A stretch of 64,000 nt of DNA. Origin: Eledone cirrhosa. Taxonomy: Eukaryota. Each line of letters starts with the position of its first letter. The first letter of the stretch is position 1. Position numbers and translations under genes: made by a program. The DNA lies in the NCBI GenBank assembly GCA_964016885.1, contig OZ024743.1, forward strand, positions 253,270,001-253,334,000, read 5' to 3'. This document shows positions 55,894 through 64,000 of this stretch, in pieces. A model generated the notes under the pieces. It was not told the DNA's origin and ran no database searches. It saw nothing but the letters and a program-made list of their open reading frames with translations.

Positions 55894-56074
55894 ATATTAT
55901 TATTATTATCATTAAAATTTATTAAAATACAACGAAGTAAACCCACGCAGAGATTGGGAAATTATAAAATAAAAGAAATGTTTATTTAGAAACAAGTTGA
56001 AGAAATTAATTTAAAAACAATATAGCAATCAAGGTGGAATATATGTAGAAAAATATAAACAATCGAGGTGTAGG

Positions 56075-56372
56075 TGGCATGGCTGCATACGTAAGAAGTT
56101 TTTTTCAGTTTCAGTCTTACTGTGCGATACTTTGTGCGATACTATGTCTTCTATACTATAGCCAAGGATTCATATATGTCTTGTAAGTGAAATTTAGTAG
56201 ACGGGAACTGCACGGAAATCCGTTGTATGTATGAATGTTCACATATACCGACACACACACAGATACACACACACATCGATACACACACACATAGATACAC
56301 ACACACACGCATATATATATATGCACAGCACTTGTTAGCAGTGAAAACGGACGTTAAACGATGATAATGATA
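56075..56372 (+). mobile_element. SINE family 2 decayed copy
   Basis: ggcatggctgc...gtcttctatactatagcc...gtgaaatttagtagacgggaactg; tail gtgaaaacggacgttaaacgatgataatga. Confidence 0.65.
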
Positions 56373-56396
56373 TGTTTTCGTGTGTTTGTCTGTGTG

Positions 56397-56467
<71 letters not shown>

Positions 56468-56794
56468 GTGCGTGTTTGCATTTACTTTGGTGTTTGTTCA
56501 TGTACTGTAATTTAACAGTGTGGTAACTAAAACCAATAAATTAAGTATCAAACTTGAAAAGAAAACGTAATGATGTCGATATAATCAATTAAAAACCTTT
56601 CCAAACTTGGCCGCAGCACGAGCAGAATCTTTTGCTGAAGCCTCTGAGTTATCCCTATGTTAGACTTACGTCTCGTCCAGTGGGGAGAGAGAGGCTTATA
56701 CTCTCAGCCACTTAACTATTTGAGATAACCACTTACCTTCGTCCAACTCATCAAACATTGACACACAGATATGAAATGTTATCTTTAAATCTTG

Positions 56795-57008
56795 GTATCT
56801 AATTTAGGTGCAAGGCCAGGCGTTGGAGTGGCAAATGTTTAGCGGTATTTGTTTGGCTCCTTACGTTGTGACTTCAAATCCTGTCGTGGTCAACTTTACC
56901 TTTTATCCTTCTGAGGTCGATCAAGTAAAGTAGCATCAAAGTACTTGGGTTGATTTAATTGACTTTTCGCTCCGTCCAAATTACTTGTCTTGTGTCCATG
57001 TTTAGAAA
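56795..57008 (+). mobile_element. SINE family 1 decayed copy
   Basis: ttcaaatcctgtcgtggtcaactttaccttttatccttctgaggtcgat. Confidence 0.7.
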
Positions 57009-59154
57009 AATCTAAGCTCATGGTCACGATATCTATGAGAAAGAAAAAATCGTTTGAATCGGCCGTAGTACTTTATTAAATTTCATTTTTAAATATTTTG
57101 AAACTCTAACTTTTTCTAGGAATCTATATGGCAAACACTATTATAGAAATAAGGTTTTTCACTAATATTTCATAAAGCAGAATAAAAAAAAAATTCGAGG
57201 TTCTTCTTAAATTTTGTAAGATGGTTAGATGAAAATGCCGTGGGAGTGTGGTGGTGGTGGGGGTGGGGTGGGGGAGGTCATGAAACATTCTCCGTTATCA
57301 GGTAAACTTAATAAACACTGTTTATTCGTCCTGAAGCGTTTTATTAATAACTAATTATCACGGAATAGCACGAAACATTCTCGCTTAGCGCAGTGAAAAG
57401 TATATGTTCTTTATATATGTAGTCACTTCGTAATTGGCAGCAGAATTCTAGTAATAAAAGAAGAAAGTGTGGCAGAATTAAGGGGCAGCTGATATTGTGT
57501 TTATTAGATATATCAACCTGGGGTTATTTACAAACTTGTACTAGGATAACACGTTTATTTATTATTAGCATTATTAAACAAACACAATTTTATTGGAATT
57601 ATATGTTGCTGTAATTTTTTTGTAAGGGAAAACACTTTTGCAAAGAAAATGTTGCACAATGCAAATTACAACATGTCTGCCTGCAATACACTGCAAAATT
57701 GCTGCTCTTTTGGGGGTAACATTTTTAATAAAGACTAACTATATATCGTGTTATTTGAAGAAGAAAAACTGCTGGCATATTATCATTCTTTTTTTGCCTA
57801 TGTAATCGTTATTATTATCATTATTATTATTATCATTATCATTATCATCATCATTATCACCATTAATATTATATCACTGGCGTCACTGAACATGATCACA
57901 AACACATCTATGACAACCATCACAACTACAATCAAGTCAACAAAAAGATCCATAATTAAAATCAAGACTTACGCTGAGACAATCTTTGGAGATGTATAAT
58001 ATTTTTCATAAACTTCAGAATGAGATCAAATTTTGAGGGAGCAGATATTAGTGATGTGAATATAGAACATAAAAGTATTTCGCATGTTTATGCTAGAGAT
58101 TTTCTCTTGTACATACTCGCAATGAACATGAAAATATGAGTATAACTATAGCCCGCTTTAATACTATTTCTATTAAATTCATATATACATGGTCAATGGA
58201 AAAATGTATATTCATAAGTTTTAGAGAAGCACCCGGCAACATTGAAGCGCAAAATACAACTAAGGAGAGGATAATACAATGTTTGCTAAATTTTTGCTGT
58301 TAAGATGCAGATAAAATCACATCTAAGAAGAGACAAAGAGGAAGAAAAATAGATATTCAGAGTATCAAAGAATATGTGACAAAAGTGTTTTGACAATCAA
58401 ATATGAAAATGAAATAACTATTCCGCTACTAGACTAAATAAAAAATGGATATGATACATAACTAATATTAAAACCCAAGTGAAATTTAACTGGTGTTTTT
58501 ATTCGCTGGTGTTTTTATTCGCCTTCCCAAAGTATAACAGTACATCATCTAATTCAACACGCAATTTCGCATCAAGGATCTTGCAAAACTAATACAAAAA
58601 CTATTATATATGCAACGTATTATAAGGTTTAGTTTACCTCACTATACAAACATGCATGGAAATAACAGCTTGATAGCGATTAATCCATTAAAGAGCACAC
58701 ATCCCTCTACAATCATGGTTCCAGACGTTGCAACATCTGCCGGTCGAAAAAATATAAAAAGAATTCGAGTGTTAGTAAACTCTTGACAGACTTTCCTGTG
58801 GAATATTTGGAAGAATTTCCAACCAGTCAAAATATTTCATTTCCTTCATTATGGAATTTCAAATAAATCCATTAAAATGCCTAACACGTATTATCTTCTC
58901 ATCTATTTACCAGCTAGATATTCCTCAATTACTTAAGTGAGTTTTATACGCATGGAATTAAAGAAATGAAGCGTCACATGTTTACACACGTGAACACATG
59001 GAGATATGGCATGTTCTAAGCAACAGAATAAATAGATGAACAAATTATGTATTTTCAAAAGATTGTTGTCGGTAACCAGCTAAATTTTGATGTTGTGTTG
59101 ACTAATAAAATTTCTGTAGACACACACACAAACACACATATATATGTGTGTGTG

Positions 59155-59220
<66 letters not shown>

Positions 59221-59427
59221 ACATACACATATATGTATAAATGTATATATATTTATATAAAAAAGAAAATTTATATATATATATATATAATAATATATAC
59301 ATATGTATGTGTGGGTGTGTGGGTGTGTGTGTGTGTGTGTGTGTGTGTGTAACGTTGCTAAGTAGCGAAAGATGGTGGTGGTATTATATATATTATATAT
59401 ATATTATATTATATATGTTATATATAT

Positions 59428-59458
<31 letters not shown>

Positions 59459-59534
59459 TATATGTATAAATGTATATATATTTATATAAAAATGAAAAAT
59501 GATATATATATATATATAGAGAGATGTGAGAAAA

Positions 59535-59731
59535 ACCACAGACCCTCCATCTCAACTCACCTTTTGAAAAGCAGAAGAACTGCGAAACCGGTAAAGGAAC
59601 CAAATAAATATATATATTTTTTAAAAAAATAAGACTTCAGTTGCATTTTCGATTTCATCCCTTTTTCTTTATACTTCCACTCGTGTAGGACACCTCGGTT
59701 ATTTTTCATTTTGTAAAAAAAAACCTCACTT

Positions 59732-59735
<4 letters not shown>
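59535..59735 (+). mobile_element. PLE-derived element family U, unrearranged copy
   Basis: Matches both halves of 7535-7810; between TA arrays. Confidence 0.75.
59560..59597 (+). ncRNA. Minimal type I hammerhead ribozyme, U3-A8 core variant
   Basis: cctt-TTGAAAA(59564-70)-gcag aagaa ctgc-GAAA(59584-87)-ccgg-TA-aagg, identical to 7607-7644. Confidence 0.7.
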
Positions 59736-59798
<63 letters not shown>

Positions 59799-59800
59799 TG

Positions 59801-59831
<31 letters not shown>

Positions 59832-59921
59832 ATGTATATATATATAATATATACATATAATATATACATATAATATATACATATAATATATATATATATA
59901 TAATATATATATATATGTATG

Positions 59922-59954
<33 letters not shown>

Positions 59955-60111
59955 GTATATATATATAATATATAATATATACATATAATATATACATATA
60001 ATATATATATATAATATATACATATGTATGTGTGTGTGTGCAAAGTTGCTAAGTAGCGAAAGATGGTGGTGCTAATATATATATTATATATATATTATAT
60101 ATATTATATTA

Positions 60112-60159
<48 letters not shown>

Positions 60160-60216
60160 TTTCATCATTTTTTTCATTTCATTTTTACGTCCGCTTTTTC
60201 CCTGCTTGTATACATA

Positions 60217-60262
<46 letters not shown>

Positions 60263-60325
60263 CATATATGTATAAATGTATATATATTTATACAAAAAAG
60301 AACATTTATATATATATACATATAT

Positions 60326-60562
60326 GCAAAAGTTTTATTTAAAATTGTTGGGTTAAAACAAGTAAATATATTATAACTGATATAAAGCACTTGACATGTT
60401 TTTGGAGTAGATATACGATATTAAACAAATGGAAACTATATTTATAAAACCATATTTATTTCATTATACATATTTCGGGGATACCATAATAAAAATATGG
60501 CATGCCTTCGTCAGATAAAATACAATATATAAACAGTTTTATAAATAATTTTGACGTACCAT
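60326..60562 (-). mobile_element. Family A element, single arm plus tail
   Basis: High identity to 10551-10786. Confidence 0.85.
60457..60522 (-). ncRNA. Minimal type I hammerhead ribozyme (family A)
   Basis: tattttat-CTGACGA-aggcatgccata ttttta ttatggtatcccc-GAAA-tatgta-TA-atgaaata; the only core difference from other copies is at N7. Confidence 0.85.
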
Positions 60563-60622
60563 AAATATGAGCGACCATTATGTAGGAAGCTGCTTTGGTA
60601 CTATCAAACCATCTATCGAGCA

Positions 60623-61312
60623 CACATCTTTGGTTATCCGGATCACTGTGATACATTACACCAATACACATCCCGTCTCCTTCCATGTACGTCAACACTC
60701 ATCTTTTTCCATTTCTCCGAGGGTTATAAACCCCACTATCAGGCTAGAAATTTCTTTAGTCTAAAATACGGTGAAAGCTTATAATTCTAATTTCTAATTT
60801 TCAAACTCGCGCATCGTTTCAAAAAACATACTTACATATTTACATTTATAATTTGCTTGTTTATCATTCACTTGCTAAGTTCATAGCTTCTAATTCGAAT
60901 GAAAGGAGACGGGATGTGTATTGGTGTAATGGTAGCACAGTGGTCCGGATAACCAAAGATGTGGGTTCGACTCCCATGTACTGCAACACGCAACTTTTTT
61001 CCATTTCTCCGAGGGTTATAAACCCCACTATCAGGCTAGAAATTTCTTTAGTCTAAAATACGGTGAAAGCTTTTAATTTCTAATTTCTAATTTTCAAACT
61101 CGCGCACCGTTTCAAAAAACATACTTACATGTTTACATTTATAATTTGCTTGTTTATCATTCACTTGCTAATTTCATAGCTTCTAATTCGAATGGAAGGA
61201 GACGGGATGTGTATTGGTGTAATGATATCACAGTGGTCCGGATAACCAAAGATGTGGTTCCGACTCCCATGTACGGCAACATACTTACATGTTTACATTT
61301 ATAATTTGCTTG
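60623..61312. repeat. Tandem ~292-bp repeat ending in a tRNA-like motif, preceded by an inverted partial copy
   Basis: Units ~60704-60990 and ~60996-61280; each ends with tggtgtaatggtagcac...tggt-ccggata-acca...gtggg-ttcgact-cccat; 60623-60686 is the reverse complement of the tRNA-like 5' half. Confidence 0.8.
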
Positions 61313-61360
61313 TATATATATATATATAAGTATATATATATATTTATATATATATATATT

Positions 61361-61409
<49 letters not shown>

Positions 61410-61586
61410 TTATATCTATATATATTTATATATATATATGTATATATATATAATATATAATATATACATATAACATATACATATAATATATATATATATA
61501 TATAATATATACATATGTATGTGTAAAGTTGCTAAGTAGCGAAAGATGGTGGTGCTAATATATATATTATATTATATATATATATA

Positions 61587-61667
<81 letters not shown>

Positions 61668-61742
61668 GTATGAGTGTGTGTGTGTGTAACGTTGCTAAGT
61701 AGCGAAAGATGGTGGTGGTAATATATATGAAATATATATATG

Positions 61743-61801
<59 letters not shown>

Positions 61802-61846
61802 ATATATGAAATATATATATGAAATATATTTATATTTATATATATA

Positions 61847-63535
<1,689 letters not shown>

Positions 63536-63536
63536 T

Positions 63537-63587
<51 letters not shown>

Positions 63588-63677
63588 TATATGTATAAAT
63601 GTATATATATTTATATAAAAAAGCTACTGACATGGCTATAAAATTGACGCTTGTTTGCATAATTGCAAACGAATCGG

Positions 63678-63772
63678 ATTTTGCCTTTCATCCTTACGGG
63701 GTCGATAAAATAAAGTACCAGTAACGCACTGGGTAATTGCTGGCCTTGTGCCTAAAGTAGAAACAATTATTA
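63678..63772 (+). mobile_element. 5'-truncated SINE family 1 copy
   Basis: tttgcctttcatccttacggggtcgataaaataaagtaccag...ggccttgtgcctaaagtagaaacaattatt. Confidence 0.9.
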
Positions 63773-63838
63773 ATATTCGAAAAACACAGATTACATTTAT
63801 TATATTTATATATACAGTATATACATATAGAGAGAGAG

Positions 63839-63929
<91 letters not shown>

Positions 63930-64000
63930 CATATATGGGAACCGGACTGCGTAGATATGTTTCTATAAGGTTGAAATATGAATATACATGTTCATAATCA

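Noticed and set aside
60704-60880. Hammerhead-like words (ctgatag, tgataa...gaaac) on the minus strand of the 292-bp unit
   Set aside because: Core lacks a 3-8 pair and stems I/III do not close.
60915-60985. Functional tRNA gene
   Set aside because: Acceptor stem broken and anticodon loop non-canonical (no U33); treated as a tRNA-derived repeat.
59351-61720. CRISPR-like 27-bp direct repeats
   Set aside because: Eukaryotic context, spacings of ~160-1500 bp filled with microsatellite, no cas genes.

Overview
AT-rich, microsatellite-saturated eukaryotic DNA, probably intronic or intergenic. The (TA)n/(CA)n load and the SINE families point to an octopus or other coleoid cephalopod (inference). 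No complete host gene is visible, only a few candidate minus-strand exons near 6.4-6.7 kb. Three main components: (1) a ~22 kb island of decayed non-LTR retrotransposons at 30.1-52.3 kb, with three R4/Dong-type copies (+ strand, RT + restriction-like endonuclease) alternating with three Tx1/L1-type copies (- strand, APE + RT), most joined at (TAA)n tracts; (2) scattered RTE and CRE-like fragments, two tRNA-derived SINE families and a non-autonomous Helitron; (3) the most striking feature, many short fold-back elements embedded in (TA)n arrays, most carrying minimal type I hammerhead ribozyme motifs with palindromic stem III. Six hammerheads have canonical intact cores and two have an intact U3-A8 covariant core; several more are decayed. 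Two sit just downstream of GIY-YIG-like peptide remnants, which identifies these elements as Penelope-like-element (PLE) derivatives. All alignments and folds were done by eye, so element boundaries are approximate.
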